Shown: piece after piece, positions 10,890-22,800 of the stretch
Position numbering within the stretch: position 1 is the first letter of the stretch
Layout of the letters: each line of letters opens with the position of its first letter
DNA from: Ascidiella aspersa
Lineage: Eukaryota
Direction: 5' to 3'
Length of the DNA: 64,000 nt
Assembly: GCA_963924565.1 (NCBI GenBank)
Contig: OZ004612.1
Coordinates: 29,078,001 to 29,142,000, forward strand
Notes under the pieces: model-generated
Database searches by the model: none
The model's input: only the letters and a program-made list of their open reading frames with translations
Told to the model about the DNA's origin: nothing
Made by a program: the position numbers and the translations under genes

Positions 10890-13800
10890 CTAGAAGTGTT
10901 CAACAGTTGTAGTGGTTGCAGGTAATTCCAAAGATATTGCTCCTTTATTTCCAATCACTTCATATACTGGTTCGTCTAAACAGAAAATATTAAAAAAAAA
11001 GAGTTCCTTTAATAATTAAGTTCACAAGAGATAGAGGTTAAGGTTTTAGCCAGGGTGTTCTGAACCTTTTTAGTATGTTTTACCCTTTTAACAAAGATAA
11101 GAATCAGCGAGGTTACTTACTTTCTTTTGTGTCTTTTTCTTTTTTCTTTCTGCAACAAAAAATATTTTATTTTAGATTTTAATGGGAAGTGTAAAGGGTG
11201 GGGCGTCGTTTATAGTATGTGTTACAGGAATTATTCACACCCCTTATGACCGCGTTATATGTGAATTCCTATAAAAATAGATAACTTGAAAACACACTAC
11301 CAATATATGCTTGGGTTTTCAATCTTTCAGTTTTATTGTTTATATAAGAGTCAGCGGACTGTCAACAGCGGATTCCATAAGTATACACCCTTTCATACAT
11401 CATTTTAAAAGGCCTACGACGCAAGCAGAAATTAAGTATTACGCGCTGGTCATCAAACGTCATTACCCATTCCTGTCTATTTACTGGTAAACGAGTATCA
11501 CTATTAGGAAAATGTGTTTCGCGAAACAAGGAGAAATAAGAAACGTAAATAAGATTGGCGCAAAACGCGAAAAATTATTAGGCCTGGTGAGCAGGGTTTC
11601 AAACGGAAATAGTTAGGTTTGACACTTTATTAAATGATGCTGATTCCCCCACAGTGGGCCTAATATGACCGGTTTCAGTCGTCTCTTTGTAATACCAAAT
11701 TCGTTCAGTCACTTGTAAATTAATTACTTACCGTCCGCAGCAGTAGCATACTCCAACCAGCAAACCTATGGCAGCCAGACCCCCGCAAATTGAACCCACA
11801 ACTACTGCAGTGGGGAATGGTTCCGGGCCTTCCACTGCAAAGGTAACATAAAACATTGAAAGATAAATTGGTTTAAAAACGATTGATTTTTAAGAAAGTA
11901 ACTTATAGAATTTAAATATAATTGGTTTAAAATATATTGATGTTTTTGTAGAACAAACTTCGAAGCGTTGAAGGGTTGCATAGGTATGGAGGGCAATTTA
12001 CTATTAAATAAACCGACTATTTTATGAAAGTAACTTACATAATTGAAGACAATTACTTTAAAATACATTAATTACCAAACTTAAAAGCTACCAAACTTAA
12101 AAGCGTTGAAGAAAAAGTGGCTTAAAATAAATTGTTTTTCATAAAACAAACTTAAAGCAGCGAAATAAAATTAGCTCAAAAATGTAATTAGTTTTAAGAG
12201 GGTTGCATAAGGCATTGAAAGCAATTTAATATCAAATAACTTGTTTTTTATGAAAAAAAAATACCCTTTTAAAGCAATCAAAGCAAACTAGGGCAATTTA
12301 GGCTAATCAATGATCTTTACTTTAGCCTACCCATGCAATATCCCGGTACTTCTGTCCATTCGTTTGTTCCTTCACAAGTTGTGGCACGAATCTAAATGTT
12401 CAAAACGTAATTATTTGGCCAAAAAAATTCTTTCGTAGTCAGGAAATTTTTTAGAACTTTTCAAATTAAAACAAAATTTTTTTAACATTTTAAACCGAAA
12501 ATCAATGGCCAGCAATTTTTTCGGATTAGTGACCATAATGATAGCGTGCGAACTGGACCTTTTTTCAGTATACATTTTTTATGAATATTTATTTTATGTC
12601 ATAACAGCAGTTTTCCATTTAATTCAACGCAAAAGATTATCAGATGATTGTAATTCCCCGGTGCGTAGTATATAGAGAGTACATACATTAAAATTAAATA
12701 CAGATTTAAAATTAAATCAGTGAGTTTTTTATTTTTGTTGAGTCAACTTGCTGCCAAAATTTGAAATTACTATAGTTTATTGTCTATCTTATCGTTTTTC
12801 GATAACTAAGGTTCATATTTCGGCGAAATATTTACTTTTTTAGCCGACTGATATAATTTGAATTGTCCGTTAAAATATAGGAGTTTTTTCGTTTGCTAAT
12901 ATTTGCAAAAATACTTTATGTTTCGCATATTGTTTTCTAGTCACCCTGAGGTTTATTCTCGTGTCTATTCCATGATACTCCATTGAAATGTTCATTCTGT
13001 GATACATTCCTGGTTCGTGAACTGTCAGATCGTAATCCTGGTAGGTTGAGTTGTTTTCACTCACGGAATTAACCTGAAATGTTTATTAAATAACTTTAAA
13101 ACTCTTGGACTAAGTGTAATAGTTATATTTGTTGCTTAATGTATATTTAAAAGGCAAATAGGTGGCGGTTTTGACACTGCTGCCTTTTAGTGTGGCTGTT
13201 AGCTGTGATGGGATTCAGCCGGTTCCAACCTTTCGCTGGAACCTGGGGTTGCATCCTGTTATTGCAATTACTTTCATTATTTGCCGAAAAATAGGACTTT
13301 TGTGATAGAATTTTAATACTGCCAAGTCAAGTGAATGACTCGCGCTTTCAAATGATGTAACTTGACCTAATTCTTTTGCGCAAAGACTTAACACTCGACT
13401 CAAGTCTTTGGGCATGATTACTAAAATGACTTGTTTACAAAGTGTTTACAGCACTGGTGCTTTGTCATTTTGTGTTAGAGCCACTTTGGCCGAATGAAGC
13501 AAGGTTGTGCGAAAATGTGTCCATATCCAAATCAACTATTTACTTCATGAAAGCAAGCGTCCGTTATCGAAAGGTTTTGTTCAGTTTTGTTTCCAGTAAT
13601 CTGTAGTCCGTATGCTTGAATGATTGACTAGCAGGACTGTGAACTTGGTTTATGTCGCTAAATGTGGACTCTGGACTCGAGTCAAAGGCTAACTGAGCCC
13701 GACGTTACCAAATGGGAAACCAATAAGGCCGTAAACTGTACATGTCGAATAACGTATGGTAAAATATTTTCCAACCATGTATTATAGCTGTATGTACATT

Positions 13801-16800
13801 AAGAATTAAATATCCAGACACAAAAATCTGTATTTCGTTAATAGGCCAAAAATACAAAAATTATTAAATCATAAACCACAGACAGTTCAAGGAACTTGGT
13901 ACCACCCTGGGACTTCGCATGCGCGCCGTTTCGACAATTATCCGCACAGCTGCGCCACATGACACATTGAAAAACCCAATAAACACATTTTTTTGCGCTT
14001 CGCGCGATTAGACTACATTTCAGTTCTGTCTGACTACAAATAAATGTTACAACAACTCTTTTTTTCTTAAATTCAGGTTCGGGTTCACAACACACAGCCA
14101 CCACCCTGAATTGGATGAACTGCCAATACGCTGACCCACTCTGTCAAAGCTCTGACTATGACTTAGCGTTCTAACGTCATCTCTAAAAATTTCGCTGGCG
14201 GTCGTGAGATCAAACTAGATGCGGCCGTCAACAGCTAAAAGGTTGGGCACCCTTGCGTTGGCGGGTAAAATACAGACTGTGGAGTAGACTCGAAATCGGT
14301 AAATAGACTTGTGAGTCAGACTAGCTTATTTAAACCGACTTGGCAGTCTTGGTGGTTGTCGAAAACACTAAAAAGGCGATTTTAACGCATGTTTGACCGG
14401 CAAGCTACACAGGTTTATTTGATCAAAACCTAAAATATTTTTTCTATGTTTTGTGCATAAACGGGCATTTGCCATATTTTGTCTGTCGAAAGGCTACTGC
14501 ATAAAACCCATTGTTTAAACTTTAAAATTGAATGTTAAATCGGCTGTTGAATTTATTTGACAATATTTGAAATTCAAACCCACTGTGAATAGCTCAACAG
14601 CTTTTTGGACGGTTAGCTATGTTATGTTATTTTGATTAGAACTTAAACTAATAATTTCATGTAAACGGACTTAAATAGCTTTTTGCCACATTTTGGGTTT
14701 ATTAGAACGTTAAATATTTATTTTAAAATATTAGAAACTTAAACCCACTGTGTAGCTTAGTAGGTTTCCGCTTTCATCAGGCGGCATTACAATTGTACAA
14801 GTAGTGGTAGGATTTTCAATCTTTGTATCTTTAACAGGATCAGCTAATCCGTAACTGGTATCGCCTACAAGATTGGTGGAAACTGGATCACTGAAGCAGC
14901 CTTCGAAAACCACTTCTACCTGTAAGCGAAAAAAAAATGAATATATAGGCAGATTGTGAATAACAAGGGGGTGGTTGCCACGTATGGACAAACCTAACGA
15001 TTTTAATTTTTTCTGATGCTGTGCTGGGATACTTAAGCAGGATTTTTTCTGCAGCGTTGCTCGTGCGCTCGAAAATCATTGTTCAGAAAAGAATGTATTA
15101 AGAGTTATTCAGAACGTTTAAACCATGCCACTTACTACTTTATGGGCTTTGATACTCATTCGAAGTTAAACTACAACCTCCGGCCATTATAAGATTCATT
15201 CCAACCCGCCATAAGATTTATTCCAAATACTACATACGGTACTTCTGTATGGGCTTTTTTAGTTATTCCTCGTTCAACTACAACATCCAGCTATTATGTA
15301 AAGAAAATGTGTATATTTCCTTTTGCTGGGCTCCTCGCAAGTCCAACAAACCACTGACGTATACGTTACTAAACGAACTCCGTACAAATAAGTAAAATAG
15401 TTGGGCAGTTAACGAAAAGAGCTCGTGCCTTGTTAAATCACGAAATAAACACTTACCTGCATTTCAACTTGTGCCCGTTGCGGAAAATCATATATGCTCA
15501 CACTAAGCTCACTGTATTGTGCTTCGATTTTATTGAAGAAATTCTGGTAATCGTTTCGTATAACAACCTGAGCAGATATTGAAAGATTGTTTTACTCACG
15601 ATTCGGTAAAACCCAGGAAAATGCAGGCTTGGTTTCACACAAAAGTACCAGTAACCTGCTGTTAAGTTGTAAATGTGAAATGCTAATTTTGTTCGAGGAG
15701 AACTTTTACGTTTAAAAGAAAAAAACGGAAATCGTTGATACATTATTAACCCTTTTTGTGTCTCTATTTTCGTGGTTAAGGTGAAGCATGTAAACGCACT
15801 GACAAATCATACTTTATATGCGTGGAATAATAGAATTCTAGGTGCATTAACATCCCAGTTAAGTTTGTAAACCATGATCGCAAAATATAGATTCAACTTT
15901 TTTCGCCATTTATTGATATATTTACAAAAAAACAAACATGTACATGGAAGGTATTGGTATCATCAAAATATAACAGTGCGAAAAAAGCACGGTACACAAC
16001 ATGGATGAAAAATCAGTTGACGCATCTTATACTATTTTTTGCTGTAAACTTCCAAAACCACCTATGACTTGATTTTCGCTGAAATTGTCCGAAGGAACAT
16101 TTTCGCGTACGCGCCCTAATTTATATAATTATGTATAATATACATTGTATAGATACGAGGTCAAAACTGAAGATCCATAATATGCGCAAATGTTTGAAAA
16201 GATTTAAACAAATTTATTTATACACACAGGGTACTGAATATAATGTTTGAACAGTTACATCTTCTGGTGTAAAACTTGTATTAAAACAATAAATATGCTG
16301 TTGCTACCAGGCATAGTATAATGAAAATAAGTTCTTCTGGTATATTTGTTAAACCAACTTTTATTAAAACGCTTACCTTTATTACGGTCAGACCCGGAAT
16401 GTTCGTTTGCAAACCCGAAAGATTGTCTTCCCAACTTACAATTAAAACGCTCGAGTTGCAAGCAATAGGTTCAACTTTCGTTAAAACTGATAGAAACAAA
16501 AATACCTCGTTTATTTCACGAACAAAATACTGTAGGATTCTTAAGGACGATTACTGATACTACCCCTTTAGGTGCCTTAAGCATTTGCAAGATTTTGCCC
16601 AATTCCATAATATATACTTAAGTGAACATAAGGTAAACAAAAGTGTATTTTTTTAATTGAAGCAATAATGGCGGTGGTTTTAAGTTGTCCCATAATCCGA
16701 TTTTGCATTTCGTTATAATGGTAAATATAGTATACATTTTGATTTGTTTTTCACATTAACATATACATTTTCGTTTTTTCTGTTAATAATTTTCACTTTT

Positions 16801-19800
16801 TTACCACTCAAAACCTTATTTTAAAAAATATTTTAGGTGAGTAATATATCCGATGTATATGCGGCACAAAAACTTTGCTCGTGCCTATTGTTGTACGTGC
16901 ACGATACTAATATTTTTGAATGACAAAAACTTGTACTAAATCACATGGTGAACATTTTTGAGAGGTCTCACATGGAATAGAACAAGCGTAATAGGCAGGG
17001 TCGTCCGTGCAATTTGTAAGTGTTGTCCAACTGTCTTGATATTGAACTGTTGGACACAAAGGATCTGCGCTTGTTATCTCTCCTGTGTGGACGTGAATGT
17101 CTGAAAACACACAACGTTTTTTTAGCATCAAAAGTTTTTGGAATAGTTTGAAGTGCTAACAGGTTAACTTTCACAAACGAGGTGTTTTCTATTGTCAATG
17201 AGGTTTTATGAGACACTGCTTATTGGTCGCCTAAAAATCTAGTTAAAGCAAACACGGTCTAATACTGTGGTTAACTCGACCATGCACAATATTTTATACA
17301 ACACCGTTTAACACACCGTTTGGAAAATAATGCAATAGTTAGAAAATATGATGACAATGTTGCCGTTGGATTGTTTCTATCGACAAAAATACCTTTGAAG
17401 ACAAATTTACTTCCTAAGAACTGAAACGTTCATATACACAATATGTATTCTGTGGCAAAGCCCTTTTCGAATCGTGCTGACAAATGATGAATAAAACAAG
17501 ATACTTTCGGTAGGGCTTACCGAAATTGGCCAGCCTAATCAGGATTAACGTTTAAAGTGATTAAAGTAAGACCCAGCTGGAAAAACAACCAGCCTGCGGT
17601 AAGGTTCGAACTCACGACCTCGGTCATACCAGGATTAGGTTAGGTATTACTAAAATTTGCTGAAATAGTTACTTGATAGTCTACATAGAATACCTGGGAC
17701 ATAAAACTCTCCAATGTTGGTAAAACCCGGTTCTTCGCTGTCGCTGCTTTTAAGCTTTACAGATCGCGTGGAATCCGAAACGAACAACCAGATCTTCTTG
17801 AATCCATCAGCGGCTGTTAATTTGCCGTAAAGCGAAAATCGAAGCTGCCAATCTACAAAACAAATTTATAATTGCAAAATGAAATAAGCTTGCAATATCA
17901 AACCTTAAGTTGGTGTACAGATCTAGATCAAAAGTAGGTCATTTCAAATAACTGACGCCAACTTTTGAAAGTAGGCTATCTTACTTTAACAAATGTAGTG
18001 AAACTTAGCTTCGTGCTTTTGTTTTTTTTAGACAAATTGTGCCATGGAAGAATCATTGGTTTATTATGAAAATCCATTCTATTGTCATTAACGATTGAAA
18101 TTTGCGTCTTTAAATTCGGGTATAGCATTATCAGGCCTAAATCAGTCGCCTATAGTTTGTAAATAGTCTAGTGTTGTAAAATCACCAACCACTTTCGTCG
18201 CAACTCGTTGTTCTCACTTCCCATTTTTCTGCGGTTCGTTTGGCAACGCAAAAGTATAGGAGATGCCGATCAGAAGTGTTCCTATCACATAAACGTACCT
18301 GAGTTATTGTGAGTTGGTGTAATGTTAAATAGTTTTTCTACAGCTTGTTTACTTTCCAAGGTTGCAACCTCTAGAAAAGTTGTATGCGGTGTTGATCTAT
18401 GTTTGTTTAATGAATAATCTAGACGTAGAATAAATATCAAAGCCCATACAGAAGTATAGCTAGCAGTTTGAAGGTTTCGTATAATTCTTTAATCATTTTA
18501 ATGGTTGAAAAATAAATAAAGAATTATTCGAAACGTTAAAAATACTACCTACTTTTGGGCCTTGATAATCATTCTACGTCTTCCAACTTTGAACCATTAT
18601 GCTCCAAAATCTATATTTGTTTAACGATTTAAGGTTTGTGTATTGGTTGAAGAGTGCAAAAGCAAAGCAAATCGAAGTCTCTTTTTATTGTTGGTTTTTA
18701 GAATTTGCTTTTAGACTTGTTAGAAAATACCTTGTGAAAAACATGTTCTGCAATAGAGAGACATTGCAACAAACTATGAAGGATGGGTGCTAGGCATACG
18801 GTTGTTTTATTTACTTATAATTAAATTTTATTAAAGTAAACGTTTTAGTGGTATTGCTTAAGTTTGTCCCATGTATTTCTTTGAACATTAAAAAGCTGCG
18901 GTTTACTTGCTGGCAACGTATAAGCCCAAGAAAAAATTTAAACCATGCCTGTTGTATAAATCGACGTAAGCAAGATGATCGCTTTCCGTTGGCGCTTCCC
19001 AATCTTCTTCTGGTGTGTCCGAGAAAGAATACTTGTACGTTTGGTTGTCGCTTTTCATGCGGTAAATCCACACTCGCTGGATGTCTGCAAAGTGGAAATG
19101 AATGAAGAAGGTTGGGTTCTATATTTGTGGTTCAACTTGAGCTAATGCTGTCGTTTAAAGACTGCACTGTGCGTAGAAGCAAAATTGTACTCGAAACGAA
19201 GGGATGTAACTGACTTTAATGAAATGTGAAATCAATTGAATTTAAAAATACAAAGCTTAAATCAATCTGCAAAGCTGTAGCCTACTAGAAAAGTATCTGA
19301 ATTTTATTTGAAACGGTTTACGTTTCAAAGTTTCATCAAAACAACGTATAGTACCCTAAACACGTAAAGTTCACAAAATATTAAATCCATTACACCTACA
19401 AAGATTTCTTGAGTCTTAACAAAACTAACGTCCATGAATACGTAAAATGATAAGAGTACACAATTTTTTTTTCTCTCTTTTTGACAACAAAGGCGTTTTA
19501 AATTAACATGCTTTTATATTGAAATACACACGACAGTTATATATAAGTGAAATGTATTTCTCCGTTGGGTCTTTTCATGGTTGTGTTAAAAAAATAAGCT
19601 TGTCATTTTATTAGTAGCGTTTTAATTTTCTCTGCTTATAACACAGTCATGTATATATTAAATAAATACATGCAGTTGCTGCCACGCGCAATATACTAAA
19701 AAGAAACTTTTCACCGGTACCTAGTTATATTTCTCCAACGTTTCGGCTACCGATACAGGATTTATTGGTAGCCGAACGTTGGAGCTACTAAATAAGCACC

Positions 19801-22800
19801 GGAAGACATTCTTTTTAGTGTCTAAGGTATCTTACTTGTATTTTCTTAAAACATTTATTTACCAAATAAATACTTGTCGGTTATATCTGAATAAAGCTCC
19901 CTGGAAAGCTGGCTTTCGTTGAAGCGTGCAAGAGCGCCACCCAGCGACAAGCAGGTACTTGCGGCCGCAGCTGGGGAAGCGAGCGAATCGGAAAGCGAAA
20001 TGATCGAGTCGCCCCGACTTTGAAGCGACGGCTGGCAAGCTGTGAGTATAGAATGTTTTGATTACACGTAACTTAACATTTACAGTGGTGCAGCAAAACT
20101 GTTCTACGTGAGCTGCGGTTTGAGTTACAGGATAGTTTTGCGTCAGTAAATACATACAGGGCCAAATAACCGCAGACGCAAGTACGTTCCGGGATGGTTG
20201 TTTACAATGGGGCAGAGATACCAGTTGTTTGGACAGTATAGCCTGGCGACTCGTCTGCGGAAATTGGATTTGAAAGCAATAAACCAGCCTAGCCATTGGC
20301 TAACTAAATACATGAGAGAAGGTAGTGCAAAGCACTCGGCGGACGGAACGAACTAACCTGGGTGAACTTGGCGCGCCGAGATTTGATATTTATACTTTAC
20401 CGGACCCTACTTTTGCGGCGGCACTGAAAACCTGCTTAGTACTATGATCAAGGTGTAAAGTCGTTAACGTATCAAGCGTGAGTATCATATAGTTCGCAAA
20501 ACTACGAAAACATAATGTTGAAATGCAAGTTTTAATGCTTTGGTCGAGGTCATGATTTCAAATCTTATGAAAGGTTGTTACAAGGAATAAGATGCACCTT
20601 GTAACTATCTTATTATTGGGTCTTTTACTGGATTTATTACCGAGCCTATGACTTGTATAGATTAAGAACATAACTAGGTTAAAGAGGTTAACATGAATCA
20701 ATGCAAATACCCTGTATCGGAAACGTTGAGGAGATTAACCGAGTAAGGCGACCAATTACGAATTTTCGTGCTAGCATTGGCAATATGTTCGTTTCTTGAC
20801 TTGCTCCCCTCTTGAGCGTGTATTGCTCAGTTGGTAGAGCGACCGTCCTGGTATGACCGAGGTCGTGAGTTCAAATTTAACTGCAGGCTAGTTTGTTTAG
20901 CCTTACCTTATTTGGACTACAACCTCTATTATACTGTTTCGGTAATGGCCATGCCAAACGTCAACATATCAACCCTTTACCTTTTGGTGGGGCGGGGTTA
21001 ATGCAGTTGCCGGCCACTTTGTAATTTTCTGTACTTCCTTCGCAGTTGAAAGCGATTATCTGTGCATTAAAAAAAGTATCAAAAAACCTACAGATAAGAA
21101 ACTACTTTCAGGCATAACAAGTTTGTCTATCTATTTAATCTCTTTCCTAAATAATTCTTCGCTATTTTTTAGGAATTTTCTTTTGGCATTTTACTTCTCG
21201 AACACTTTTCTATTTTCTCAATACTAACTAATATTTAAATGGTATGAATAAAAGCAATAGGAAAGCAAAATACGTGTAAACCTCATTTGTCATATTGTTA
21301 TAAAAACATTCGTAGAAAGCGGCGGTTTTTAACCTTTCGGAAATCGTTAAATGGATTTCAACAAAGCCATTTTAAGTTATAACCTACAATTATCCAAAAA
21401 ATATACAGCACTAAAACGGCATAATTCACAGTCAAATATACAGTAAAAACTTAAACAAAATAAAGGCTTTGGAGCATAATGGTTGGAGGTTGTAGTAAGA
21501 CGTAATAAGAATATCAAAGCCCATACAGAAGTAGGTATCATTTTGGACGTTTCGAATGACTCTTTATTCATTTTCAACATGAATAAAGAACGTCCAAAAA
21601 TGATACCTACTTCTGTATGGGCTTTGATATTCTTATAAAATAAAGGCTGATATAATGTTTTATGCTATTTTACCTGCGGTCAACGATAGCATGCGATATC
21701 GTTATCCAAATTACCCTCTTAAAATTGTAAAATTTTATCACTGCTGACAATTACCAACCAGGTATGAACCACTGGTCTAAACAGTAAGCAAGTTTTTAGA
21801 CGTAGTCTTACTCCGGGAATATTTAGCACGTCAAAAAAAGGTATCCAAATACTACAATGTGCCAGAAACATATGTTTTAACGATAATGTGCATGTTTTTG
21901 ACTAAATTGAATGTATAAGGTTTAGGTATAAATTAGTAAAATTTAAAAAATAACTCGTATACTTGTCACACCGCAAACTGAACAAAATGAGCCATCCTAT
22001 GCTGCACTAAATTATGGTCTAAGTCAGAATTTCCTTTTAACAGATATGGGAAGTAAATATGTTAAAGCAACCAACTAAAGGGTGGATAATTTTTAATCAC
22101 TGTATTTTAATTTATTGTTCCTTTTTTTTAAATATCTACAGACTATATCGTTTACATTATATTCAAAAAGTATAATGTGCGCCATTTTATTACGAAAGTT
22201 GATTTTATTAAAAGAAAAATATTAAGCAAAATGACAAACTAATGTTTAACATGGCTGCTATTTTAAAGTGGAAAGAGCCTTATTATTTAAACAAGTGTTC
22301 CTCTTTGTTTAGTGACAACACAAGACTAATTGTAAGTAAAACAACAACGTTTTTGGTACCCCGAACTTTTTATAATCTTAAAGTAGCAAAACACAGAAAA
22401 AACAGCATTAGTAACTTCAAATTTAATATTATAAGCCATGTATTACTAATACTTTCACAATTTGTTTATTTTAGTCGAAATCTTGCTCCGAATCAATCTT
22501 ATTAAATCTACCCATATAAAACTAATGCAGTCACCCAACGAAATCGAACGAAAAACGACCACACCCAATGTTTAAATGCAGCCCATGAATTGAGAAAAAT
22601 AAATTTAAACAAATATACAACATGCATACTCGATGAGTGTGCAATGGCTATCAGTGTACTAATGATATGTAAGCCGTAATCGTTGGTCAAAAAGCAGCTT
22701 CAGAAGGGCTAGATTCTAGTTTTTAACATACATATGTGTGTACATATGTTTCATTGAATATACAGCATATGATAAATTCTATGTACTTACCGCAAAACGC

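Noticed and set aside
10751-10954. 67-aa ORF as receptor 2 tail
   Set aside because: Phase chaining from the TM exon through the micro-exon selects the EPVYEVI frame ending at 10890.
10950-10975. Canonical ITIM in receptor 2 tail
   Set aside because: Residue Y-2 is Pro, not S/I/V/L; reported only as a YxxI motif.
13215-13620. Possible transposase or coding remnant in a receptor 2 intron
   Set aside because: No recognisable motif or splice sites; contains pieces of a gactcgagtc-type repeat.
19859-20296. Longest ORF in the track (145 aa)
   Set aside because: Wrong frame; the real exon 19863-20039 encodes the CTLD N-half in another frame.
20400-20440. YFCGGT serine-protease-like peptide on the plus strand
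   Set aside because: Isolated hexapeptide without downstream catalytic motifs; the reverse strand looks like a cagtgccgcc TIR.
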